Positions 13,299-25,778 of a DNA stretch of 64,000 nucleotides are shown piece by piece (within the stretch, counting starts at the first letter, position 1; each line of letters starts with the position of its first letter). The translations under genes were made by a program, and so were the position numbers. Origin of the DNA: Lepidodermella squamata (lineage: Eukaryota > Animalia > Gastrotricha). The notes below the pieces were generated by a model. The model saw only the letters and a list, made by a program, of their open reading frames with translations. It ran no database searches and had not been told where the DNA came from. Location of the stretch: the NCBI GenBank assembly GCA_047495785.1, contig JBLDXI010000038.1, positions 558,001 to 622,000 of the forward strand, in the 5' to 3' direction.

Positions 13299-16200
13299 AT
13301 GTGTTGATTTATTTCTAGATTATTATATTGTTTGAACGATGTCTCCTAATTTTAACGGAAGAGGTGAATTTCTCGAACCTTAATGACTGGCGTGTTTTTA
13401 TTCGACTTCATACCTTAGGTGGTGGTCCCAAAGTCGGAGGCCGAGGTGGTAGCAGGGGCGGTTTTGGTGGTAAACCGAGCGGAGGTGGCTTCAGAGGGGG
13501 CAGTCGCGGTGGCAGCCGCGGAGGCAGTCGCGGTGGTAACCGCGGTGGAAATCGTGGCGGAAATCGCGGTGGCAATCGTGGCGGTAACCGTGGAGGAAAC
13601 AGGGGTGGATTTGGAGGTGGCAGGCAAAATGGTGATAGCTTCAATGGTCCCAGAGGAAAGTTCCCACCTCAAGGTCAATCATTCCCCCAGAAGAAGCAGG
13701 TATAACCGTTATAAAAAATTCTGAGTACCTTCATTACCTCATTTTTTTATCAGATTAAGGTCGACGACATGAGCGAGGAAGACTTCAGCAACGAATCGTT
13801 CGACGATTCGGAAGCCTCTGACCTTAACGAGACCCCCGATGAAGGTATTGGTATGTGAACTAGCCTGAAAAAATCTATGCCGTGTAATGCTTTTCAATCA
13901 TTAGAAGATAGCTTTGCGGCAAAGAAAGCTGGCCAGAAACGGTCGCTGAGCTTCGCCGATGATGTCAATACCGCTTCTGCTAAAAAGGGCCCGGCTCAGA
14001 AAACTCCTCTTCCAGCCAAGTCTAATGGTAAATCAGTTAAAGATACCACCCCACTGTCAAACGGCAAGAAAGCTCAACCAGAAGCAAATGGCAAGAAGGC
14101 TGCCAAATTAAAGGTCGAAAGTGAAGAAGACAACAGCGAATTTGACAGTGATGAGGATGATGATGCGGACATGGCTAGTTTTGATGAAGAGGACATGGGG
14201 TCTGATGAAGAAGAAGATTCTTTGATGGGCATGGATGATGGTAACTAGGTCCTGAAATTTCATTCTCCTTTATTTTGTCTTTTCCCCCAGACGATTCGAT
14301 TGATGATGAAGAAATGAGCGATGATGACGATGAGAAGCCGTCTCCGAAGAAAAAGCAGGACGCTTCGAAAAGCGCTCAGAAAGGTATGTGCAAATAATGA
14401 ACTAATTGTATTCCATGCCATTGGTGATGATCTATAGATGACGAAATGATTTTCGCTGATTTCATTTACTTATTCTGAATTTTTTATTCAATGAAAATAA
14501 TTTATCAGATCAATTTTATTTGAAACTATCTGATATGCGTTTTTTACTTTTGTGCAGCTGGACCTCAGCTAAAAGTCGCTGGAGTCCCGAAGAACACATC
14601 TCCTGAGAAGTTGGAATCTTTCTTCGCTTCTAAAGGCTTCAAAAACGTTAAAGTGTCGTTCAACTCCGCTGACAATAGGTAACTTTGCCGGCATGAGCTG
14701 TATTACTTACCTATCTATATGTTTTGTGCAGCTTTGTTGCCGCTCTCCAGTCGCCAGCGGACGCAACTAAAATGAAGTCTAGCTTGAAAGGTGCTGATTT
14801 CAATAAGAGCAAGCTCAGCCTTCTCGACTACGTCCCGAAATCCTCCCCGGCCAAACAAGAAGCCCCGAAAAAGCAAGATGCCAAGAAGTCAAACAAAAAG
14901 CAACCGGAGAGTGAGGATGATGAAGATATCAGCGGCGATGATGACGACGACGATGAAATGGCGAGCTTCGACGAAGAAGACCTCTCGGATGACGATGACG
15001 AAGAAGATGTCGATGGTGAAATGGAAAGCTTCGATGAAGACGAGGAGGATGAAAGTGACGAAGGTGAGAGATTTTGAATTTAGCTCGAGCAACCCGTAAG
15101 TTTTCTCTCTTAGATGTTCAAAAGATGAAGAAAGCAAACCAACAAGCCAAGGCAAAGGCTGAAGCTGCCAAGGCTCTCGAAAGTAAGAACAACAAAGCCA
15201 CCGACAAGAAGGAACACAAGTCGGCGGAAAAGACTGATAAAAAACCCGCGTCGTCGAGCTCTGCTGAGAGCGGTGACCTCAGCGTTGTCATTCGTGGCGT
15301 CGCCAAGTCTTACGATGTCTCCAAGCTCAAGTCATTCCTTAACGAGAAAGGTGTCCATACCAAGGGTGAAGTAGCGTGGAATGGACCGAATGGCGGATTC
15401 GTTGTCGCTGTTGGTTCTACTGCTGACTTGGACAAAGCGCTGGCTCTTCGCGGTACAAAATTGGAGAAGTTTTCGCTCTCTGTTGCTCAAACCGGCGAAA
15501 AGGCTGCCTCGAAGCCTGCTCAAGAACAAGCATCCAAGAAGGAGGAATCGAAGGAAAAAGATGCTTCGAAGGATGTTAAGAAAGATGTTGCTCAAAGTAA
15601 GTCTGATCACTTCTAATTATAAGGTTATATTTGTTTTTGTAACCAGATTTGACTGTTGCGCTCAAGGGCGTTCCGAAAACCTTCGAAGCTGAGAAAATCG
15701 CCGCTTTTCTGAAAGCGAAGAAAGTGAACGTAAATGGTGCTATCAAATTTGTGGAAGCCGCTTCGGGCTTCGTTGTTACTCTCAAGTCCAAGGCTGATCT
15801 CGATGCTATCAAAGCGCTCAAGGGCGAAAAGATCGCTGATAAATTCCGTTTCACTGTTGCCGATTATGCTGGTAAAGCCGCCGAACCAGCGAAGGCTGCC
15901 GTCGAGGCTAAAAAAGATCAAAAGAAACAAAAGAAGGTCGAAAGCGAGGATGAAGACGATGAAGGCGATTCCGATGATGACGACCTGAATTTGGGCAGTG
16001 ATGATGAAGAGGATGATTCGGAAGCAGAGGACGACGAAGAGGAAAATGTTCAACCCAAGGCGAAGCAGCAAAAACTCGAACAGCCCAAGTCGGCTAAAGG
16101 CGACGGCAAAGAGGCAACTCTGCGCTTGAGCGGAATCCCCAAGGCGACTCCGACCGACAAGCTTCAAGAGTTTTTGAAATCTCGCGGTATTCCTAGCGCC

Positions 16201-17569
16201 GTAGTCAAGCTTCAAGACAATCAGTAAGTTCCTTGCTGAATTTGAACTAAAAAATTCAATTTTATTTGTTTACAGTCTGACAGCTACCGTTAACAACACT
16301 ACTGAGGCTGATAAACTGCGCGCGATGAGTGGCGTTAAGTTCAACACTTTCATTATGAAGATCGAAGATCATAAAGCCCAGCCTTTAGCTGCAAAGAACG
16401 AATCCGATAAAACTTCAGGTAATTTCCATCTTCCATTGAATCGTAATCTGCCTTAATAGCGCGTTGCGCGACGAACTTGTCAGCGTTTCACCTGACGATT
16501 CGTCGAAATTAAATTTTTCGCGCGATATCAATAGTTTCAAGTTCAATGGGAGGCAGATTTACTGTTTTTATTGTGTATTATTGCCTTCTCTGAACTTGGC
16601 ACATTGTCTTTTTCAGTGCCTGCTGGCCAGTCTCAATTCCGGGCGCGTCTGTTGTCTATTCCTAGCGACTTCGCCGTGACCAAGTTGACCAATCTGCTCA
16701 AGGGCCGCGGTGTGCAGTCGGTTATCATTACCAAAGAGAATACCCAATACATCGCAAACTGCTCAACCAAACAAGACCTGAACAAGTTGCTGGCACTGAA
16801 GGGTCAGAAAATCGACGACAAGGTGCGCTTGATGGTCTCGCCGATCCAGGCCGACCAGAAGCAGCAAGACCAGCAGCAAGATTCGCGAAAGCGCCCTGCT
16901 GATGCTACCTCCCCTCAGAATACTGATCAAGCCGCGAAGAAGCCTCGTCAAGTCGACGACGCGTCTCTTCAACGCCGCCAGCTGTACGTCGGCAATGTAC
17001 CCACCGGCGCGTCTGACGATGAGGTTCGGAAGGCGTTTTCGGAGGCGACCGGCGTCAAGGTGATCCGCCGAGCTGGTGCGAAAAAACTTTTCGCCTTTGT
17101 TACTTTCGATTCGGAGCAGACTTGCGACCTGGTAAAGAACGCTAAGGATGCTTCTGGTGGCGTTAAAATTCACGGCGAACGCGTCACTGTCGACTTCTGC
17201 GGCGACAAATCAGCCAAGTTCAAGGAGCTTCAAGCTGATAAGGCGAAACAAACCGAGCAGAAAAAGACAGAAAAGCAACCTGAGAAGAAAGCCGACCAGA
17301 AGAAAAATGAAAAACAAACTGCGGCGAAGAAACAGTCAGACGACAAGAAGTCTGAGCCGAAGAGCAAACTGAAGACTGCTCAATCGCCTTCGAAAGATGC
17401 TCACGTACGTTTCGCTGATGATGTCGAAGACAACGAAGCGATGTCTGACGACGATGAGGACGACGAAGACATGTCGGACGATGATGGAAGCTTCGATGAC
17501 GAAGGCAGCGAAGACGACATGTCTGGCGACGATGATGACGATGTCGACGACGATGAAGATGATGAGTAA
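13299..17569 (+). CDS. Nucleolin-like nucleolar protein (N-terminal RGG array, interspersed acidic tracts, about six RRM/RRM-like modules)
   Basis: ATG T|gttgat...ag|GT GGT gives MCGGPKVGGRGG. RGGS/RGGN repeats, D/E tracts and Lys-rich spacers follow. The last RRM is canonical (QLYVGNVP...KKLFAFVTF). The gene hosts snoRNA candidates in its longer introns. Confidence 0.8.
14424..14478 (+). ncRNA. Box C/D snoRNA candidate, diverged U15 paralog, in a nucleolin intron
   Basis: GTGATGA...TAGATGACGA-a-ATGA...CTGA. The 10-nt element is complementary to LSU UCGUCAUCUA. It shares GATGACGA and tgatttcat with the U15 copy at 17889, and the intron is longer than modal. Confidence 0.6.
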
Positions 17570-17888
17570 ACCCTCACCGATTTTCGCTGTTGTTGAGCTT
17601 TGTTCTGTCTCTGTGCTTGTCATTCTTATCTGTATAGTATGAAAAACCTCCCTTTTAACGCATCTTGCGCCAAAGGCATCACACATTCGAGCTTCTTCTT
17701 ATTATCATGTTGTGCAGAATATACATATAATCACTATATAAACAATGGTGTAGAAATTCGGTAATTAAAACCATTTACGTAAAACGTTTTTCTGATTTTA
17801 GATATGTTAAATACCTACTTGAAGTTCAACCTCAAATCTCCTCGCGAAATGGTTAGTCCAATATTCAAGTTTTTTTCCCTTTGGAAGT

Positions 17889-17946
17889 ATGATGAGTCAA
17901 GATGACGAGTATGAAAATCTTTGATTTCATCGAGGCATTTGTCTGA
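17889..17946 (+). ncRNA. SNORD15: Box C/D snoRNA U15-like (double guide: LSU Gm2288 and Am2281 yeast equivalents)
   Basis: ATGATGA-gtcaa-GATGACGAGT-ATGA ... CGAGGCATTTGT-CTGA. Both elements match the recalled vertebrate U15 guides and pair with LSU CAAAUGCCUCGUCAUC. Terminal stem ttgga/tccaa. Confidence 0.92.
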
Positions 17947-18093
17947 TAAATTTCTCCAAGTGTTGAATCGCGTCCTTCCCATTTGCCGACGTTTCCATAA
18001 ATTTTGTTTTTGTTCCAGATGAAAACGGCTCTTATATGCGGTCAAAAATTGGTGAGTTATTATCATCGATATAACCTTTTCTTTTGCAACCAC

Positions 18094-18151
18094 ATGATGC
18101 TGTAATTTGCGCCTTATTTCCTTATGATGAAAAATTTGCCTATTTCCCTGA
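18094..18151 (+). ncRNA. SNORD16: Box C/D snoRNA U16-like, copy 1 (18S Am484 human equivalent)
   Basis: ATGATGC-T-GTAATTTGCGC-CTTA closely resembles the U16 5' end. The guide pairs with 18S GCGCAAAUUAC. C' ATGATGA at 18124, D CTGA at 18148-18151. Confidence 0.9.
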
Positions 18152-18325
18152 CCTAGATTCATCTTACTACTTTGCGGATTCGAGTCGTAACACTATGTTA
18201 AATTTTCCTTGTTTTCCAGATTTGAGCACTCAGCGCTGAAAGATTCGGACTGATGGCCATCGAAAGCTGAATTCGATTTATCGGGGTTCGTTTTATAATA
18301 TTTCTTTTATTGAAATTTTTTTCAC

Positions 18326-18384
18326 ATGATGCTGTAATTTGCGCCTTATCATAATGATGACAACTTTCGCCTTATTTCCACTGA
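18326..18384 (+). ncRNA. SNORD16: Box C/D snoRNA U16-like, copy 2
   Basis: Identical CACATGATGCTGTAATTTGCGCCTTAT core, C' ATGATGA, and D CTGA at 18381-18384, in the next intron. Confidence 0.9.
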
Positions 18385-18535
18385 CTTATTCGATTTCCTT
18401 TGTCTTTTCATTTAATCATCATGCTGATTCACACCTAATCTCAGCTTTTGTTTCAGGACAAAACTTCGATCAGAATAAGTCGTCGAATGGGCGGAATTTA
18501 CTTGGTAAGCAACATTATTGTTAAGCTACTAAAAA

Positions 18536-18674
18536 TCTCCTTCTTGGCACGATCTGGCTCTAACATGTCATTTTGTGAATGCTAAAGGAGAAATATTGAA
18601 ATCGAAACCGTTTTTTCTTCGGTGCTGACCTTACTGATCTGGTCGGAATTCCATCCTCTGAGACGGTTACATTC
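18536..18674 (+). ncRNA. Box H/ACA snoRNA, copy 1; 5' pocket matches the 18S Psi1004 site (human numbering, ACA60-type target)
   Basis: Hairpin ctcctt...aaggag has pocket strands TTCTTGG and AATGCT pairing with 18S AGCAUU-U-G-CCAAGAA. The second hairpin aaccgttt...agacggtt is followed by ACA at 18669-18671. The H box is degenerate (ATATTG). Confidence 0.82.
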
Positions 18675-18838
18675 ATATGTTTGTTGTTTTCAGAAGCTGA
18701 AGTAAGCCGCCGGTCAAGAATGCCGTAGCAGCGCCTCCATTCATTTTTCAGGTAATTTAAGTTGTCTTAAGATACTTGCAAATTTTGACTAAATTCGCTT
18801 CTCGTAAATGAGCCCTTTGGTGCTTTTTTATAAGTTAT

Positions 18839-18976
18839 TCTCCTTCTTGGCACGATTTGACCCTTAGCTGTCTTTTTGTGAATGCTAAAGGAGAGACATC
18901 AAAATTGAAACCGTTTTTCTTCGGTGCAGATCCTTTTTCTTTGGTCTGACTTCCATCCTCTGAGACGGTTACAATT
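18839..18976 (+). ncRNA. Box H/ACA snoRNA, copy 2 (paralog of 18536-18674)
   Basis: Same pocket strands conserved, H box ACATCA (ANANNA), ACA at 18971-18973. Substitutions are concentrated in the apical loops. Confidence 0.85.
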
Positions 18977-21388
18977 TTTCTAATTTCAGAAGCTGAAGGG
19001 CGGTATTCCCCGTTGGCCTGAGATTTTGGAAGCTACATAGTTACGACTCCATCACGAAATTTGACACGGCATCGAGATTTACCATAATTGCTGCTTTAAT
19101 TTGACTACGTCTTTGATTATTGTTCTGGAATTAAGTTGCATTTTGTTTGTTGATACCTACTATTCGAGCGCGCTTATTTATTTCGTGATTATTTTTTGTG
19201 TGTGAAAAATACGAATAAAACTTGAATGAGCTAAGATTTATTCAGGCTTTTGCTAACCTTAACTTAAGTTTTGGGTTTTTCTACTTTGCCAGCCTAGCGA
19301 ATTTTGGGGAACAAAATCGACAAAAACAGAACATAGAGTTCCTGATCTATCGAATGCCAGTTTCCTCAGTTCGGACGATTTACCGTTATTTATGACTTAC
19401 CTCGTAATAACCTGGACTCTCGGGAACCGGATGTCTTAGTTTCGGCCACCTCATCCCGGTACGTTTATACCTTTGGGTAGATATCGTTGTATTCGTCTCG
19501 ACAAGGCGAATGGCGAATGTGGAAATGTTGTTTTTGCTCTACCTGAGAGCGTTTCATTGGCAAAAACATTGAACCTCGGGATACGTTAACAAATCATGGT
19601 TGAGACTGATTTGTATACCGTTATGAATAATTGTAATAAGACGTCGTTCATCGAGGGAAGAGTAATAAAAGTTAGGACGATTCACCATTTCGGACTACCT
19701 CGATACATCAAGAAGGATGTTAAGTCGCCGACGTTTCGCTTTATTTATTAAAGCTTCTTCAGGGCAATCAGTTTGATATTTTTTTTTTGTTATGAATAAT
19801 ATACCGATATGAGAGGTGGGTTGCCATCGCGGCTCACGGCTCATGACTATTCAGCTTCTACTACTGAGCCCCAGCTGCTTTCGTCATTTTAGCTGGAAGA
19901 CAATTAGCCCAAATTCGGAGGGAAAAGCAAGCGAACATTTTAGCGAGCAGATCGTAAAGCTGACGCTGTGGAAGTCATTTTCCCGATTGGGTCGTTTAGG
20001 TAGGTACCTAGCTAGATTCAGTAAATCAAAGGCTGATACGTCGCCAGGCGAAATGGCACATCTTTCCCTCTCGTAGTGTCTCAGGGGCTCATTAAACCGC
20101 ACTAAAATGGCATTTGTAGAAAAAGCCGCGGCTGGATATTCGTGTCTTCTGGAGCCACAAAAACACCCAGGTGTTTTCTCGAATTTCTTTATACAAAGGC
20201 CATTTTTCGATCTCAGATTGCTAGAAAAATCATTGGAAATGTACTGTGCTGGAAATTCACTTGCTGGACGAACTGAGTCTTGCCCGTACGTCATTCGGCT
20301 CTTTTTCACTGAGTCACTGCAATTTTTCTAGTAGCATTTTATAGTACTTGGAGCGTTATTTTTGTCAAATCCAACCTGTACATATATAATGGGAAAGAAA
20401 AGACCTTGGCCCCTTAAATCTTCTCACCCACACGATTCTTTTGCGAACAGATGCTTCAAAAACCTTGAAACAGATTGGCACAGCAATGCTAATTTCTTGC
20501 ATTAAAAAAAACTGCTGCGGAGTGCTTGGTGTCCAAATCAGGTCGCAGCGGTCGAATTTAGGGCGGTGCCTTTACGCCAATAAAATGGTTCATATTATTC
20601 AACTTATTAAACCCTTAAATTTCCTTACCATTAGTCGATCGCACCAAATAAGATTTTTCGTCAGATGCTCAATAATGTGCTTGCAAATAATCAAGTTATC
20701 AATGCAACAAGGAAAATTTCATGGCTATGTGCAATACAGTGGCGCAGAGGAAACGAGTGCCCCATGATAAGCCGGTGTAGTGTTGTAATAGGCCTCCCCG
20801 CACTAAAGTTCCCCCGGGGATAAGTTGCTACGGGGGAACTGTTATAAAGCCACGCGAAGTAACCTATCCCCCTCGTATCCCCCTATTGTTCGTGTGATGG
20901 TGCGCATGCGCGCGCGCGTGTTACTTCTTGCTATTCTGATACTATTGTTTCGCGATTACGATCGTGTCAAAAAATACAATTATCACATCCAGCTCTTTGT
21001 TATTGTTATTAAAATCGCTAAAAACATCGTATTTTTAAATCAACCGATTCGAAAAATCACATCAATTATCAACAGGCAATTTAGACAAAAGTTAGCACTT
21101 CTTTACAAATATTTGAAGGACAATGACATCATATAACCATTAACCATTTTTTCTCAAGAGCAATCATCGAATCGGAGATTATTTTTTTTCAAAGACATGT
21201 AGCAGAAATTTTGAGATTTATAACAAATTAAAAAATGTGACCGAACCGAATTCGGATTTAAAAATGCAACCACAAAAATTCCAATTTATACATAAAAATG
21301 ACTCTTCACGACTTTACAAAATAGATATAGGAGATATAGGATAGATATAGGAGGATAAAAGATATAGGAGAACATTTATGGAGAAGAT

Positions 21389-23040
21389 TTATTGCAAATG
21401 AAAAAAACGAGATTTTCGAGGGCGAGAGAGCTCGATTGATGGAAAGCGCAAAAGACGCCCTTGCTCCAAGCAATTTACCGCCCATGATCGCAACTGCACC
21501 TCGTCGTAGTCCACCCTCGATGGGTCACCGCCGTTGATGATTTCGCACAAGTTGGCCATGAGGTGGAACCCGCAATCACTTCCGTTTGTCTGTTGTGAAC
21601 AAGCCACGAACTCGATCGATAATCGGCGTTTAGAGTCACACCAAAATTTGCCATAGCGGTCAAATAAAGCATCGCGATACGTTTGTCTTAGTTTGTTGCC
21701 CTTCGGCGTGAGGCTATCATAAACGCGCACGGTTCGAACACCGCCCTCGCAGTGTAGCGTCGAGGACAGAATCCAGTGGTCTCCGATGTGGTGCGGATGA
21801 ACACTCAAATACCGTGTCGCCGAGTGAACAGGCAGAGCTTCGTATCGATTAGCTTCAGCCGCAGCTGGTTGATTAGGGAAGATTTCCGAGAATTCCGGAT
21901 CCTCCGGCTGAATTGGTAGGTGATCTCGCTGAAAAATTGCCAAGATGATAGTAACGATGTCGTCGGGCATCCATGTACCTGAAGAAGACAATATTTAGCT
22001 TATACAATTCGTTAAAAACAAGGAAAAATTACCATTTGTTAGCATATCATTACGCAGGAAATTCCAGTTCGGCATTGCAACGGGATGCTGCTGCGGCACC
22101 AAGACGTCTAGCTCGCGTGGCTGCTTAGCTGCGACCTCGCCAGAGTCGGCTGGCGATAAAAGTCGTTTCTTGGAGCTGGTGGTGATCGGCTTTAGCTCGG
22201 CGAAAACGGGCGCGGGCGAATTTTCAATCGGAGCTGGAATCCTGGAAACCCTGCCACCCTCGAACCAGGGCGTCAGATGAGATAGAAAATCATAAGCGCC
22301 GACGATAGGAGAGGAGTAGTAGTCGTCAAAGTTAACAGCATTGCTGGTATCGGCATTGCTGGCTGGCGCAGACGTTTCTCCATCAGCCCACGGTGGAAAC
22401 AACCCGGCGCATTTTTGGGGTGTTTTCAGATTTATTTCGCGATTGGTTTCCCGCCGAGGCTCGATTTCGGGCAGATCATCGCTGATAATTGGCGGGGAAT
22501 CTTGGAACAAGGCCGCCATTGGCGGAGATCTGCTGCTAACTGCTGCCGTGCGATTTTTCAGCGCAGCGGACAGGCTTGGCGGACTTGCCAGTGACGTAGT
22601 AGCATTGAAAACGGGCGATTCGGCGACTGGCGACGTTGGCGATTTGAGAGAATGGCCGTTTTTCAACCGGGATTTTAAGGCGATCGATTTCACAGCTTGC
22701 GTCTTCATCGCTTTTTGTCGCGGCTTCCTCGGCTTCGAGGATTTTTTCGAGGATTTCGCAGGCGCTGTTGTCGCAGGCGGTTGAGGCGACTCCACGTCTA
22801 AGCCGAGGCTTCGCTTTTCCTCAGCTTCGCATTCCAGTAGACGAGCAACGAGCTTGCTGCTTTGTCCTAAAAAAAAATTAGGCACATTTGAAATGGATGG
22901 AATAGACAAAAATAGATGGAAAGACATATTTTTTTAATTACCTTAATTTTCAAATTTAATCGTAAAGAGTGGTTATTTGCCCATACCGTATTTGCTTATT
23001 TTCCCTATTGTTGATATTACTACTACTATTAGTGGACTAT

Positions 23041-23075
<35 letters not shown>

Positions 23076-25778
23076 TGCGAAATTTCTAAACAAATTGACC
23101 ATCCCAACCTAGAGTGAATCTAATTAATTTTAAATTTAACAATTCACCTTTGGCAACGTAAGGTTTCAGTTGAAGACCGGAGGCTTGTAGCTCAGCGTCG
23201 TCTTACTTTCCATGTTTACGGGGTCAACTCGCGCCAGCACCGCATTTCGGCCGTCGTTGACTAGATTAACGATTCGATACGGTCCGATAAATCGCATCGT
23301 TCGAACCTTGCCACCTTTTCGATCGGCCCGCCTCATGTTGGCCAACATGACCAATTGACGGACTTTAAAGGGTTTGCCGGTATTGTGGCGACGGTTGTAG
23401 TCCCGTTGCTGCTTAGCCTGAGCTCGAGCAGTATTCTTAGCCGCTTTGGCTCTTATTTTAGTTTGGACGGTAACTTCTTGCCGCATTGTTGTGATAATAT
23501 CATCGAAGTCGAACTCCTTATTCATAGCCTTCTCAATCTCTTCCTCGTCGCTGCTTAGATCGCCATCTCGGCCGTTGTTGTTGCCGCTGTCGCTGTTGGG
23601 ATTCGAGTCTGGCAATTCAGTCGGGTCCAGAGGTGGTCCCAGCGCACCCATCTTCACGTCGATCGGCGTTAGCATTTTGTAGCTATAAATGAGATCGGCG
23701 GGCCTTACGCCAGTTGTTCTATGTTTTGAAGTCCGAATCGAAAATAGGGCGCTGGTGACGTAGCGTGGCCACTCGTCGAAACCGACGACGCGAAGGCACT
23801 TCAGCAAAATCGACTTTAAGGTTCGGTTGAACCTTTCAACCTTTGCCTAAAATAGGAAAAAAAATTATAAAAAAATGAATCTATTTATTAAAAAAATTTA
23901 TATTTGTAGACAAATAACAATTAGGATTCGGCAAATTATCTAGATTTCCATAGTTAAATTTCAGAAAATAATTTTGCATTAACCATTATTTTGATGACTC
24001 TCAACCTCTATTTGACCGTTATTAGGAATCGACTTAACTTAGTGTTATATATTAAGAAAAATAATAAGACAAGCGCCTCACCTGCGGATGGTAGGATGAA
24101 GTGACTCGCTGCTCGACACCGGTCCGCTCGAACAGAATCTGAACAACGGCGTTGATGAACTCCCTGCCCTGATCGTTAATCTGCACTCGATAGCAACCGT
24201 ATTGACGCATGAACTCCAGCAGGGCTTCGGCGACTGATAGCGCCGATTTATCCTTGATCGGATAAGCGTGCGGCCATTTGCTGTTGTAGTCGCCAACGGA
24301 CACGAAGCCGATGTAGCCATCCTCGGTCGATTTAGGCATGATGGCAATGTCTGCTCCCACTATAACCATAGGCCGGTCAGGCACTTCGATCGATTTCATT
24401 TCGGGCCTGTCCTTCGGACCAGGGTTGGTCTTTTGGCACTTGTCGCACTCCTTGACGAAGGCGCCAACATCGCCCCACAGTTCGTGCCAATAAACGCTGG
24501 CTGCGAGTTTTTCACTAGTCAGCTGTGCACCTCGGTGACCAGCGAGCGTTACGGCGTGACTATCGGCACCGTCATCGCCTCCTTAAATATTTGAAAATTA
24601 TTAGTATAGGTAGGTAGGTAGGTAGGTAAATTTAGTAGGTTAATGATGGTTACGGAATGACGAGGGTTTCAAAAAATTGGAAATTTTGAATATTTAGGTA
24701 ACCTTACCCTTATAGAACGGAAACTTGTGAAATATTTAATTTTACTAAATATTCAAAACGCACATCAAATTAAAAAAATTAATTTACGGGCCAATTATTG
24801 GCATGTCTATTCCCAAGTTCTAGGTAGAGGACGTAGCTTACTAACCTTGGTGAACGAGCTTGATCAAATCGAGTTTTTCTTGGTCGCCTTCAATGCAGCG
24901 GCACCATTCTTCGCCGTCGCTTTGCGAAGTATTGCGCCTCCTATGGTACAAGTTACCATCTGCCTTGACGCAGTAGAAGGTTGTTGCCGACTTTCTCAAC
25001 GATCTTTTCCGGTCTAAAATCATAGAAAGACAAAAAAAATGGAATATAACCACATCGCTTATAGGAGCAAAATTGTTAATTATAATTAATACCATATTCC
25101 TAACTCAATTCCTAACTGAAATCCCAAATCAAAACCTATCCTACATCAAATAATAAACCCTAGAATAACAGTCCCAAAAATTAACCCAAGTAGTGGGTTA
25201 AAAACAACCCGCCTCGAATAATAGCGGCTGAAAAACAGCGCAAAACCAGGAGAATCACGTGGACAGGGGATACTGAATCGAAATTTTACTTAGTACGGCT
25301 TGCCTTTTCAAGACTGCCTTTTCAAACAAGTGATGATACGACGTTTTCGTTTTAATATTGCCTCCCTAAAATAAAAGCCTCCTGGAATGATTGCTCGATT
25401 TCTTACTATTGTTCAATTTTCGAACTCGGAAAAAATACTTATATTCGATTAAATACGAAAACCATTACAAATTCTACACGTAGCTGGCACAATATTAAAT
25501 TAAAAACGCCTACCTTTACGTTTTTGAGCCACAGGAATTGCCAAAATCCAAGCAGGATAACGCCCTTCGGACAGAAACATCTTCAGATCGGCGAATGACC
25601 AATGCTCGCCCTTCTTCTTGTCTTCCATCTTGTCACCCTCATCGCCACTGCCCTCGCCATTCGACGGTTTCTTACCACGTTTACCACGTTTCTTACCACG
25701 TTTAGACGCGGGGGTAGGCTCGGGCGAGACTTGATCGCGCGGCTCAACATCGCTCGTCGACGAAATTGAGACAGACAT
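21389..25778 (-). CDS. Ginger1 transposase: YPYY region, H2C2 zinc finger, DDE integrase core, GPY/F motif, C-terminal Ulp1/SENP-like cysteine protease
   Basis: GRYP...FY...GNLY; LVH...GH...YW...CDKCQK; VGADIA, INDQGREF, SYHPQ|AKVERFN; FIGPYRIV; protease motifs DHWIL, VYDSL, QQTNGSDCGFH. About six exons; start codon approximate. Confidence 0.9.
23015..23074. repeat. (TAC)n microsatellite inside a Ginger intron
   Basis: Direct reading of TAC repeats. Confidence 0.9.

Larger units (their letters stand above)
17802..19219 (+). ncRNA. Non-coding spliced snoRNA host transcript (UHG/GAS5-type organisation)
   Basis: Short ORF-less exons (about 17802-17851, 18019-18051, 18220-18285, 18457-18504, 18694-18751, 18989 onward) are separated by GT-AG introns that each hold one snoRNA. 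AATAAA lies at about 19214. Confidence 0.8.

Noticed and set aside
13408-13724. Pro/Arg-rich and Ala/Val-rich ORFs
   Set aside because: Shadow frames of the 12-nt RGG repeat.
19884-20720. 141-aa ORF and splice-like signals next to the Ginger insertion
   Set aside because: No recognisable domain, and no consistent spliced frame could be built.
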